Below, piece by piece: positions 28,404-37,754 of a stretch of DNA of 64,000 nt (the first letter of the stretch is position 1; the number at the start of each line of letters is the position of its first letter). A model generated the notes under the pieces. The model did no database searches. It saw only the letters and a program-made list of their open reading frames with translations, and was not told the origin of the DNA. Made by a program: the position numbers and the translations under genes. This DNA is from Candidatus Kapaibacterium sp. (GTDB lineage Bacteria > Bacteroidota > Ignavibacteria > Kapaibacteriales > NICIL-2). Location: contig JBKCNS010000010.1 in the NCBI GenBank assembly GCA_046297095.1, positions 506-64,505 on the forward strand. Direction: 5' to 3'.

Positions 28404-29726
28404 ATGACATCACACACACAACCATCGGCAATTTTCTGGTTCCGGCGTGATCTGCGCTTACATGACAATCACGGACTCTTTCGCGCGCTGGAATCAGGAG
28501 CGTCGGTGCTTCCGGTATTTGTGTTCGACCCCGAGATTCTGGGTGACCTGCATAATCCTGAAGACAGACGCGTGAGTTTTATTTACTCTGCGCTGGAGAA
28601 TATTCAGCATCAGTTGGCCGAGCGCGATGCCTCACTGCGAGTGGTGTATGCTTCGCCCGTGCACGCACTGTCTGCGCTGTGCGATGAGTACCCCATCACT
28701 GCAGTATACACCAATCACGACTATGAGCCCTACGCGGAGGCGCGCGACAACGCGGTTCGCTCAATGCTTGCCAAGCGCGGAATAGAATTCCATAGCTTCA
28801 AAGATCAGGTGGTGTTCGAGCGGGCGGAGATTACCAAGGCCGACGGCCGCCCCTATACTATTTATACTCCCTACTCCAAAGCATGGCGGGCGAAGCTGCA
28901 GCTCAGCGGACTGCCGGAGTATCGCAGTGAAGACCTGCTAGAGAATATTGCCAAAACTTCTGGCGTGCCCTTTCCGGAACTTTCTGCGATGGGATTTAAC
29001 CGCGTTACCTTCGCTATTCCCCGCATTGATCCCGACAAAGAAGTTATTCGCGTGTATCACGAGCAGCGAAATTTTCCCGCGATAGACGGTACTACCGAAC
29101 TGGGCATTCACCTGCGATTCGGCACGGTAAGCCCCCGTGGTATGGTTCGGCTGGCTCAGCCACTGAACGACACCTGGCTGAGCGAACTGATATGGCGCGA
29201 GTTTTTCTCCATGATACTGGCGAATTTTCCTCACGTGGTAACGCAAAGTTTCAAGCCGGACTACGACGAGATTCGTTGGCGGAACGACGACGAAGAATTC
29301 GACGCGTGGTGCAACGGCCGCACAGGATTCCTCATGGTAGATGCCGGCATGCGGCAGCTTTTGGCCACCGGACAAATGCACAACAGAGTACGAATGGTTG
29401 TGGCAAGCTTTCTCTGCAAGGATCTTCTTGTTGATTGGAGAAAAGGCGAGGCCTTCTTTGCCAAACATTTGCTGGATTACGACCTTGCCTCGAATAATGG
29501 CAACTGGCAATGGGCTGCGGGATGCGGTTGCGATGCCGCGCCGTATTTCCGCGTGTTCAATCCTCATGAGCAATTGCGAAAATTCGACCCCGACCTTCGC
29601 TATGTGCGCCGCTGGCTGAGTGAAGACGAGATTCAGTTTCCTCAGCCCATAGTGGACCATGCCTTTGCTCGAAACCGAGCGTTACGCGTATACAAGGAAG
29701 CTCTGCGCGGTAACGAGTCGTTCTAA
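28404..29726 (+). CDS. phr: deoxyribodipyrimidine photolyase / cryptochrome family protein
   Basis: AIFWFRRDLRLHDNHGL N-terminal photolyase domain and a C-terminal FAD-binding region with WREFF and GNWQWAAG motifs. Confidence 0.85.
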   Translation: MTSHTQPSAIFWFRRDLRLHDNHGLFRALESGASVLPVFVFDPEILGDLHNPEDRRVSFIYSALENIQHQLAERDASLRVVYASPVHALSALCDEYPITAVYTNHDYEPYAEARDNAVRSMLAKRGIEFHSFKDQVVFERAEITKADGRPYTIYTPYSKAWRAKLQLSGLPEYRSEDLLENIAKTSGVPFPELSAMGFNRVTFAIPRIDPDKEVIRVYHEQRNFPAIDGTTELGIHLRFGTVSPRGMVRLAQPLNDTWLSELIWREFFSMILANFPHVVTQSFKPDYDEIRWRNDDEEFDAWCNGRTGFLMVDAGMRQLLATGQMHNRVRMVVASFLCKDLLVDWRKGEAFFAKHLLDYDLASNNGNWQWAAGCGCDAAPYFRVFNPHEQLRKFDPDLRYVRRWLSEDEIQFPQPIVDHAFARNRALRVYKEALRGNESF

Positions 29727-29821
29727 TCCACACTGCATCGTTTTTCCGTAGTTTGCCACTCAACTTTGTTGGTATCCACATGCCCCACACACCGCATCCA
29801 TACTCGCTCAGCAAGCTTCAC

Positions 29822-31753
29822 ATGATTCGTGTTGCGGCCGTTACGCCGGAAGTACGTGTAGCGAACGTGCCGGAGAATGTGCGCGGAATAAAGGAGACAT
29901 TTTTCCGGGCTCGAGAGGCACAAGCTCAGATAGTTCTGTATCCCGAGCTCTGCATTACCGGTTATACCTGCGCAGATTTATTCTATGAATCAACTCTTTT
30001 GCAAGCCACGGAGCAAGCACTTGTGGAGCTGGCAGAACTGACGTTGAACACCGACGGCGTGATGATCGTGGGCGCACCCCTTGCTTCGCGAGGCCAGCTG
30101 TATAACTGCGCTGTGGTGATTGGTCAAGGAGCATTGCTTGGCGTGGTACCCAAAACATACCTACCCAGTTACCAGGAATTCTACGAAGCGCGGTGGTTTG
30201 CCTCGGCCGGTGATACGGAACAAAGTACCATTCGTATTGGCGGCAACGAGATTCCCTTTGGCACGAATCTCCTGTTTGAACATCGGCAAAGCCCGCTTGC
30301 TACGGCTACCGGCGTGTGTTTTGGCGTGGAGGTATGCGAAGATTTATGGGCCACTCGATCACCGAGTACGGATATGGCCCTTGCCGGCGCGCAGGTGTTG
30401 TTTAATCTGAGTGCAAGTAATGAAGTTGTGGGCAAAGCTGCTTATCGCCGCGATCTGGTACGCATGCAATCGGCGCGATGCATAGCGGCCTATGTGTACT
30501 GCTCGGCCGGCTCAGGAGAATCATCTACCGATGTTGTGTTTGCAGGTCATAATCTTATATGTGAACACGGCGAGCTTCTGGCTCAAAGCGAGCGATTTTT
30601 GTTTGATGCACAAATCACCTGCGCAGACATCGATATTGAATCGTTGGACAACGATCGCATCCGCAACACGACGTTCCGATCGGAATTGTCGTCGCATTCC
30701 TTCGAGCGCATTCCCGTGTTCCTGCACGACGAGGAAACAAGCAGCGTGCTTCGACCTGTTTCGTCTTCACCCTTCTTGAGCGCGGATGTACAGGAACGCA
30801 GCCACGTGTGCGCGGAAACCTTGCGCCTTCAAAGCACCGCTTTGGTGCAAAGAATGCGTCATGTGAATTCTACCAATGTGGTGCTTGGTCTGTCCGGTGG
30901 TCTGGACTCTACTTTGGCCTTGTATGTATGCCTGCAGGCGGTGCGCGCAGCCGGTGGCAGTGCGCAGAACATCACCGCTATCTCTATGCCCGGCTTTGGA
31001 ACCGGCTCTACATCTCGCGCGCTGGCTCGAACACTCGCAGAACACAGCGGCGTAAACTTCCGTGAAATTGATATCACTGCAGCCACGCGGCAGCATTTTT
31101 CCGACATCAGCCACAACCCGGATCACCACAATGTTGTGTTTGAAAACGCACAGGCTCGTGAACGCACGCAAGTGCTCATGGACGTTGCCAATCAGTGCAG
31201 CGCATTTGTGATAGGCACGGGAGACTTATCCGAGATAGCGCTGGGATGGAACACCTTCAATGGCGACCACATGAGCATGTATGCCGTGAATTGCGGCGTA
31301 CCGAAAACGGTTGTTCGGGCAATGGTGGAGTGGCTGCGCGACTGTGAAAGCTCTGATGAGTTACGCGGTGCTCTAAGCGCTGTACTTACCCAACCCATTT
31401 CTCCGGAACTGCTTCCCACCAATGCGGACGGTGAGAGTACTCAACAGACGGAATTGGTGATTGGTCCATACGAGCTGCACGACTTTTTCCTGTATCATAT
31501 GCTTCGACATCATTTTTCGCCGGCGAAGATTCTGCATCTGGCAGCCGTTGCTTTCGGCACAACCTATACGCAAGATCAGATTGCCGGTTGGCTTCGGGTG
31601 TTTTACTCACGCTTCTTCGCCAACCAATACAAACGCTCTGCCATGCCGGACGGCCCAAAGGTATTACCCGTGGGCTTGTCCCCCCGCGGAGATTGGCGCA
31701 TGCCCAGCGATGCTTCCGGCAACATCTGGATGAGCCGGCTTTCCGGCGAGTAG
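29822..31753 (+). CDS. nadE: glutamine-dependent NAD+ synthetase (nitrilase domain + NAD synthetase domain)
   Basis: N-terminal CN-hydrolase domain with the catalytic triad context (VCEDLW). C-terminal PP-loop VVLGLSGGLDSTLALYV. Length 644 aa. Confidence 0.85.
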   Translation: MIRVAAVTPEVRVANVPENVRGIKETFFRAREAQAQIVLYPELCITGYTCADLFYESTLLQATEQALVELAELTLNTDGVMIVGAPLASRGQLYNCAVVIGQGALLGVVPKTYLPSYQEFYEARWFASAGDTEQSTIRIGGNEIPFGTNLLFEHRQSPLATATGVCFGVEVCEDLWATRSPSTDMALAGAQVLFNLSASNEVVGKAAYRRDLVRMQSARCIAAYVYCSAGSGESSTDVVFAGHNLICEHGELLAQSERFLFDAQITCADIDIESLDNDRIRNTTFRSELSSHSFERIPVFLHDEETSSVLRPVSSSPFLSADVQERSHVCAETLRLQSTALVQRMRHVNSTNVVLGLSGGLDSTLALYVCLQAVRAAGGSAQNITAISMPGFGTGSTSRALARTLAEHSGVNFREIDITAATRQHFSDISHNPDHHNVVFENAQARERTQVLMDVANQCSAFVIGTGDLSEIALGWNTFNGDHMSMYAVNCGVPKTVVRAMVEWLRDCESSDELRGALSAVLTQPISPELLPTNADGESTQQTELVIGPYELHDFFLYHMLRHHFSPAKILHLAAVAFGTTYTQDQIAGWLRVFYSRFFANQYKRSAMPDGPKVLPVGLSPRGDWRMPSDASGNIWMSRLSGE

Positions 31754-31859
31754 AGTATTATAGCCCGTGCCAAATGAGTTTTTTACCTTGTTTCAGATTG
31801 ACGCGAATCAGTCGATAACTACCGAAGTATATTCAGACCTTTCTCTGTAGCATACTGCT

Positions 31860-32534
31860 ATGAGTTCTCCGTTGCAATCTCACACCAAACTTCGTGTTGT
31901 CCTGGCGGACGATCATGAACTCGTGCGCGTAGGCGTACGGCGTTTACTCTTGGCCAATGATTCCATCGATGTAGTAGGCGAAGCATCTACGGGAGAAGAG
32001 GCCGTGTATCTTGTGCAGCAAGAGCGACCCGATGTGGCATTGCTCGATGTGCTCATGCCAAGCTTAGACGGCATTGGAGCGGCGCGGCGTATCAAAGAGT
32101 TGAGCTTTCAAACCAAGGTGGTTATGCTTACCTCGTTCGAAGACAATCACTACCTGGATCTGGCACTGCAAAGCGGAGCAGACGGATACCTCTCCAAAAA
32201 CGTCAGCAGGCAGGAACTGCACGATGCAGTACGAAGCGTTGTGGATGGCAAACGGGTATTCTCCAAAGCTGTCATCTCCATCATGCAAGGGCGCGTACCT
32301 TCTCAACCCCAACAGCCGGCAAGCAAGCCCGTGAGCATCACCCGGCGGGAGGAAGAGATTCTCAGTTTGGTAGCTCAGGGGTTAACTAGTCCTGAGATTG
32401 GTGCAAGGCTGAACATCTCATCGCGCACGGTGGAAACACATCGCGCACACCTCATGGAAAAAGTTGGCGTGAATAATATGGCCGGCTTGGTGCGGTATGC
32501 ACTTCTTCATGCCTCGTACTTCCCTGAGAATTAG
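31860..32534 (+). CDS. NarL/FixJ-family response regulator (receiver + LuxR-type HTH)
   Basis: LRVVLADDHELVRVGVRRLL...DVALLDVLMPSLDG is the receiver. EEEILSLVAQGLTSPEIGARLNISSRTVETHRAHLMEKVGV is the LuxR HTH. No cognate kinase is adjacent. Confidence 0.85.
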   Translation: MSSPLQSHTKLRVVLADDHELVRVGVRRLLLANDSIDVVGEASTGEEAVYLVQQERPDVALLDVLMPSLDGIGAARRIKELSFQTKVVMLTSFEDNHYLDLALQSGADGYLSKNVSRQELHDAVRSVVDGKRVFSKAVISIMQGRVPSQPQQPASKPVSITRREEEILSLVAQGLTSPEIGARLNISSRTVETHRAHLMEKVGVNNMAGLVRYALLHASYFPEN

Positions 32535-32537
32535 TGT

Positions 32538-32568
32538 TCTGCTGCCGAGTGTTCTGCTGCCGAGGATA
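32538..32568. repeat. 15-bp direct repeat x2 in convergent intergenic spacer
   Basis: TGTTCTGCTGCCGAG occurs twice in tandem between the response-regulator stop and the FAD-oxidase stop. Confidence 0.8.
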
Positions 32569-32594
32569 CTGCTGCTGTATTTCGAAGTGAAACT

Positions 32595-34067
32595 CTAATC
32601 GAACATATTGCCGGGGCTTAAGATTCCCTGCGGGTCCAGTGTGGCTTTAATAGCCCGCATCTGCTCTATACCCTCGGGCCCTAGCATTGCTTTTAGATAT
32701 CTTTTCTTCAGCTTTCCTATTCCGTGCTCTGCCGATACCGTTCCGCCTAAGCGCAAACCTTCTGCAATGCACTCGTCGTAGATACGAAGCATACGTTCGT
32801 GAGAAGCTGTATCGTGGGCAAAGATATTTGCATGTAAGTGGCAATCGCCTATGTGGCCGAACAACACATACTCCACGTTGTTCTCACGGAACTTGTCTAC
32901 GTAGAAATTATAGAACGAGCGGAATACACTTGGCGGCACTGCTATGTCGGTACCGATTTTGGTGGTTCCCGAATTGCTCACGCGCTCGTACACCGCGCTG
33001 GGAAGAGCATGCCTGAATGCCCGTAGCTCCGCATGGCGTCTGTCATCCAGGGCAAACCATGTCTCCTCGTGTAGTGCTCCCGATGCACTAAGAAAGTTCG
33101 TCCACGATTCCAGCACCGCATCTTCGTCACGGGTGCAGAACTCTGCCTCCATCCACAGCGCGCCCGTTGCTTGGGCGGGAATCTGCGGGTACGAGGGCTG
33201 TATCATACGCAAAGCACGCTCATCGAAATACTCTACAAGTCGTGGCCTTAGATGCTCGGATGGTGCATCAGTTTGACCGCCCGATGCATAGCCCCGCACT
33301 TGCTCTACCGCAGTCAGTAAACTCTCTGAATCGGTAAAGAACACAATCATTCCCAAGACATTCTCCGGCGCAGGAACCAGGCGCACATCAGCTTCAACGA
33401 TCACACCCAAGGTTCCCTCGCTGCCCACAAAAACATCCACAGCATCCAACGAAGGCGATGAATAGTAGCCGGCAGCATGCTTGCGTGTTGCAGGCATGGT
33501 ATACCGAGGCACCGGTACTGAATACTCCTGACCGCTCTCGCTCCGCAACTTCAACACACCATCGCGAGCAACACACTGCCCTCGCTTCAGATCAAGCAGC
33601 TCACCGTCGGCAAGCACCACGCGAAGCCCCTCAATGTATCTGCGTGTAGGGCCATAGCCGAATGTTCGTGCGCCCGATGCATTGGTTGCGAAGGTACCAC
33701 CCATGGCGGCACTCCATTCGGTAGGATCGGGTGGATACAGCACTCCATGCGCGGATACCTCAGCTTGCCATTCGCGCATGCTCAGGCCCGACTGCACTGT
33801 CCCCTGAAGCGATGCCGCGTTTACTGCGCAGGAGCGAAGACGCTCCAACGAAATCACCGCTCCGCCATTGGGCACTCTACCACCAACCAACCCTGTACCA
33901 TTGCCGGAAACATGTACCGGACACTTCTCTTGGTAACATAGTCTCATAGCCTCTTGCACGTGCTCAATGCTTTGAGGAAGAAACACCCTCGAGGCAGTTC
34001 CGCTAGAGTTCGACGCATCCACCAAGTACGAGGCAAAGGAATCAGAATCGGTAATGGAGAGCAACAT
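32595..34067 (-). CDS. FAD-linked oxidase (GlcD / D-lactate dehydrogenase family)
   Basis: FAD-binding PCMH domain VSGNGTGLVGGRVP. The C-terminal FAD-oxidase_C region ends ...LDPQGILSPGNMF. Confidence 0.75.
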   Translation of the reverse strand: MLLSITDSDSFASYLVDASNSSGTASRVFLPQSIEHVQEAMRLCYQEKCPVHVSGNGTGLVGGRVPNGGAVISLERLRSCAVNAASLQGTVQSGLSMREWQAEVSAHGVLYPPDPTEWSAAMGGTFATNASGARTFGYGPTRRYIEGLRVVLADGELLDLKRGQCVARDGVLKLRSESGQEYSVPVPRYTMPATRKHAAGYYSSPSLDAVDVFVGSEGTLGVIVEADVRLVPAPENVLGMIVFFTDSESLLTAVEQVRGYASGGQTDAPSEHLRPRLVEYFDERALRMIQPSYPQIPAQATGALWMEAEFCTRDEDAVLESWTNFLSASGALHEETWFALDDRRHAELRAFRHALPSAVYERVSNSGTTKIGTDIAVPPSVFRSFYNFYVDKFRENNVEYVLFGHIGDCHLHANIFAHDTASHERMLRIYDECIAEGLRLGGTVSAEHGIGKLKKRYLKAMLGPEGIEQMRAIKATLDPQGILSPGNMFD

Positions 34068-34243
34068 AGAATTGTACTCTGGTTAGGTAGCTGTTTGTAA
34101 CGTCAGGTCTGTGATATCGGTAATGTACCGCTGCTGCAATACGCAGAGCATGCAATGATTGCGCTTAACCCAACATTCACAGGGGAGAATCACGCAGCTT
34201 CAGCGATATTTGCAACATACGACAGCCGGAGAAACGTTATTCC

Positions 34244-36166
34244 ATGAAAAGCTTCCTTGTACTGCTCGCCATGCTGGCGGGTACATCTACACTCGCATCT
34301 CAAGCAACACGAGCCGACGAATCCTTCGCCGTGCATGTTCGTGGCGGGCTAGGTTTTCTTCAGCACACGGCATCGATTTCGTCCTTCGAAGGTATAGCCG
34401 ATTGCGGCACATACACCGCCGGCACTACACTTGCTCCGCAGTTCTCGCTGAGCATCGAACGCATGCTCACGCAAAGTCTAACGGCAAGTGCCGGCATTCG
34501 CTTCAGCAATCGCAGCACGGGCTTGACGGCAGGCCGAACCTCGCTCCCTGCCTTGGATGTCAGCTCTCAGAATCCGGCAAACGTGGTATTCGAGAACACG
34601 ATCAATGCACGCCTATCAGCCTTTGAAATAGTCCCTGAACTCGCGTTGAATGTGCATCGCGGGCAGTCGTCCACGATTCGCGCACTGGCCGGGGCCGTGT
34701 TTGCGTTCCCCCTGAATGCACGATACGAGATCACGCAAACGATCGTATCCCCCGACAACGCCGTATATACAAGCAACAAGCAGCAGAGTATTTCTCTTTC
34801 GGGCGGAGAGCGCGCCATGAATACCGTGACTTCGCCGCTGATTGCACTCTCGCTGGGCGCAGAGAATTTGCTTCAAGCGGGCAATGGTAATGCATTCTCT
34901 CAGGGTATTCGATTTGAATACACGCTGAACGACATCGTGAATTCGGGTTCGTGGAAGGCCGCCGGAATACGTGCGGATATCGGGTATCGCTTTGCATTTA
35001 CGTCGGCGACGCCGGACATTCCTGCAGCGGCTCCTACTCCTCCACCACCGCCGCCACCGCCGGTGATCGTGAAGAAAATGCAAGAACCAACGCCCTTGCC
35101 GGTGCTTACCGTTCGCATCGATTCGATGAATGCCCGCGTGCAAACCGGCAACGAACTACGGGCGTCACTGCCGCTGGTAAACGCCGTGTTCTTTGATGCC
35201 AACTCGGCAAGTATGCCGGATAGATACATCATCTCGGCGAGTAGCGCCATTCAAACCGACAACGCTCTTGAACATCACAGGAATATTCTTCCGGAGATCG
35301 CTCGCATTATGCGAGAGAATACTCGGGCAAGTATTGTGTTGGAAGGCGCAACCTCGGGGGCCGATGAAGCGGGTGGTTTGAATCTGGCAAAGGAACGTAC
35401 CGAGAACGTGATGGCAGCGCTGGTATCGCTTGGTATACCGCGAGAGCGCATCAGTGCGCGCACTTTCCTTACGCCGCGCATACCGTCGAACACAGAGTAT
35501 GCTCAAGGCCGTGAAGAGAACCGGCGCGTGGACATTATGGTTAAAGATGCACCGCTGCAAGAGTATGTCTCGCGACAGCAATTTGCCGCCCTCCGTGGCA
35601 CCATGCTCTACACCGTGGACGCACAACACTTCAACGCATCAGCTATTCGCGTGACGAGTAATCTGTTCCCCGAGCAGACGCATATGCGCTCGGAATCACG
35701 TACCGTGAGTTTTGACCACCGCTTGAACGCGGCAACGGGCATGTTTGTAGCAACAGCCGAGGCAAATGCCGCACCGCCCCTAACATGGAAGGCAGAGAAA
35801 GAGATTGACCTGAATACGCTTGAGCGCCAAATCATTGCATTGGATCTTTCATCCTTCGAAGCATGGTTGCGATTCGACTACAACAGCAGTGTGTTGAGCG
35901 AAGACAACAAAGATCTGTTGCGCCAACTTCTGCGTGCACTTCCGCAGGGTTCCACCATCAGCTTGCTTGGCAGTGCCGACGCATTGGGAGACGAAACCAG
36001 CAATCTGGAGTTGTCGTCTAAGCGAGCAGCTGTTACGGAATCGTTTGTGCGCAGTGTGGCCGGCGAGAAGTTTGTCTTGGAAACTGCTGTGTCGCAAACA
36101 AAGGTGAACGAGACCTTGCCCGAAGGTAGATTCCTGAATAGATCCATTCGCATTCGCGTGCGCTAA
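34244..36166 (+). CDS. OmpA-family outer-membrane protein: N-terminal beta-barrel + poly-Pro linker + two OmpA-like domains (paralog B)
   Basis: Signal peptide MKSFLVLLAMLAGTSTLASQA and a barrel ending ...IGYRFAF. PTPPPPPPPPV linker. OmpA-like units marked by REENRRVDIMV and LGDETSNLELSSKRAA. Same architecture as the 26364-28289 protein. Confidence 0.75.
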   Translation: MKSFLVLLAMLAGTSTLASQATRADESFAVHVRGGLGFLQHTASISSFEGIADCGTYTAGTTLAPQFSLSIERMLTQSLTASAGIRFSNRSTGLTAGRTSLPALDVSSQNPANVVFENTINARLSAFEIVPELALNVHRGQSSTIRALAGAVFAFPLNARYEITQTIVSPDNAVYTSNKQQSISLSGGERAMNTVTSPLIALSLGAENLLQAGNGNAFSQGIRFEYTLNDIVNSGSWKAAGIRADIGYRFAFTSATPDIPAAAPTPPPPPPPPVIVKKMQEPTPLPVLTVRIDSMNARVQTGNELRASLPLVNAVFFDANSASMPDRYIISASSAIQTDNALEHHRNILPEIARIMRENTRASIVLEGATSGADEAGGLNLAKERTENVMAALVSLGIPRERISARTFLTPRIPSNTEYAQGREENRRVDIMVKDAPLQEYVSRQQFAALRGTMLYTVDAQHFNASAIRVTSNLFPEQTHMRSESRTVSFDHRLNAATGMFVATAEANAAPPLTWKAEKEIDLNTLERQIIALDLSSFEAWLRFDYNSSVLSEDNKDLLRQLLRALPQGSTISLLGSADALGDETSNLELSSKRAAVTESFVRSVAGEKFVLETAVSQTKVNETLPEGRFLNRSIRIRVR

Positions 36167-36292
36167 AGCGCAGAGCAATGAAGCCACCTGTGCTTCGTCA
36201 TTGACGGGGAGCGAAGCCGCGCCGGAGCTTATTCTGCAGCGGTATTGCTCTACCCTATTCATAATTCCCTTTTTTACAAAGAGGGCTCACAT

Positions 36293-37606
36293 ATGAACAT
36301 TCAAAAGCTTACGTTGAAGTCTCAAGAGGCCGTGCAGAAAGCGCACGATATTGCTCAGGGATACAACAATCAATCTATTGAACCGCTGCACCTGCTGGCC
36401 GCATTGGTACAGGACGCGCAAGGTATAGTACCCGGCATTGTGCAGACCATCGGCGCCAATCTTTCGTACGTCAAAGTGAAGATCAACGAGGAGCTGGAAA
36501 AGCTTCCTAAAGTTGGCGGCGCGCAGAGCGGACAGTATGTGTCTACGGGCATGAGCTCGTTACTGGAGCAGGCCTTCAAAGAAGCATCTGCACTCAAGGA
36601 CGAGTATGTGAGCGTGGAGCACTTGTTACTTTCCCTTACCGATCAGAAATCGTCGGCGCAGGAACTGCTGCGTGATCAGGGAGTGAATAAAGATGCCGTG
36701 CTGCGCGTTCTCAAGGATTTCCGAAAAAACACTCGCGTCACCGATCAGAATCCTGAAGACAAGTATCAAGCATTGCAGCGCTATGGGCGCGTGCTGAACG
36801 AAGCCGTGCGCAAAGGAAAAATTGATCCAGTCATTGGTCGTGAAGACGAGATCCGCCGCGTGCTGCAAGTGCTGTCCAGACGCACAAAGAACAATCCTGT
36901 TCTCATAGGAGAGCCGGGTGTGGGTAAGACGGCCATAGTGGAAGGTATTGCGCAGCGTATTGTGTCCGGCGATGTTCCGGAAACACTACGCTCCAAGACT
37001 ATTGTTGCCCTGGACATGGGCGCCCTTGTGGCGGGCACGCAGTTCCGCGGTCAGTTCGAGGAACGCTTGAAGGCCGTAATACAAGAGGTGTCGGATGCGG
37101 CCGGAGAGATTATTCTCTTCATCGATGAATTGCATACACTCATCGGTGCCGGAGCTTCACAAGGAAGCATGGATGCCGCGAATATTCTAAAGCCCGCTCT
37201 TGCTCGCGGCGAGTTACGGTGCATTGGCGCCACCACGCTGGACGAGTATCAGAAGTACATAGAAAAAGATGCTGCTCTGGAACGGCGCTTTCAAAAAGTA
37301 CTTGTGGAAGAACCATCCGTCGAGGATACTATCTCTATTCTGCGCGGATTGAAAGAACGGTATGAAGTGCACCACGGTGTGCGCATAACGGACGCGGCCA
37401 TTGTGGCTGCGGCGCAGCTCTCGCACCGGTATATCACCGATCGTTTTTTACCGGATAAAGCCATAGACCTTATCGATGAATCCGCATCGAAGCTGCGTAT
37501 AGAGATCGATTCCCTGCCCGAAGAGCTGGATTCAGTAGAGAGAAAGATTAGGCAGCTGGAGATTGAGCGCGAAGCACTGCTTCGCGAGCTCACCATCGAT
37601 GGCTAG
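36293..37606 (+). pseudogene. clpB: clpB 5' fragment (N-domain + AAA-1, ends at start of the coiled-coil middle domain)
   Basis: [22 protein letters not shown] is a ClpB N-domain. Walker [19 protein letters not shown]. Walker B ILFIDELH. The coding ends ...[19 protein letters not shown] after about 438 aa, against an expected ~860. No AAA-2 domain appears in any frame downstream. Confidence 0.7.
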
Positions 37607-37665
37607 AAAACTGTCGATGATGACATTTGAATGTCGTCCATTATACCCTCACAAAAAACAACAAC

Positions 37666-37698
37666 AAAGGGGTGAATCTTGCGATTCACCCCTTTTCC
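37666..37698. terminator. bidirectional rho-independent terminator shared by the clpB fragment (+) and the convergent Ig-repeat gene (-)
   Basis: GGGGTGAATC-TTGC-GATTCACCCC perfect stem. It is flanked by CAAAAAACAACAACAAA upstream and TTTTCCCT downstream, so there are T-runs in both orientations. Confidence 0.65.
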
Positions 37699-37754
37699 CT
37701 GACCATCACTACTCAAACCCCACAGTTGAGGAACCAATTGATGCCGGTACAGAG

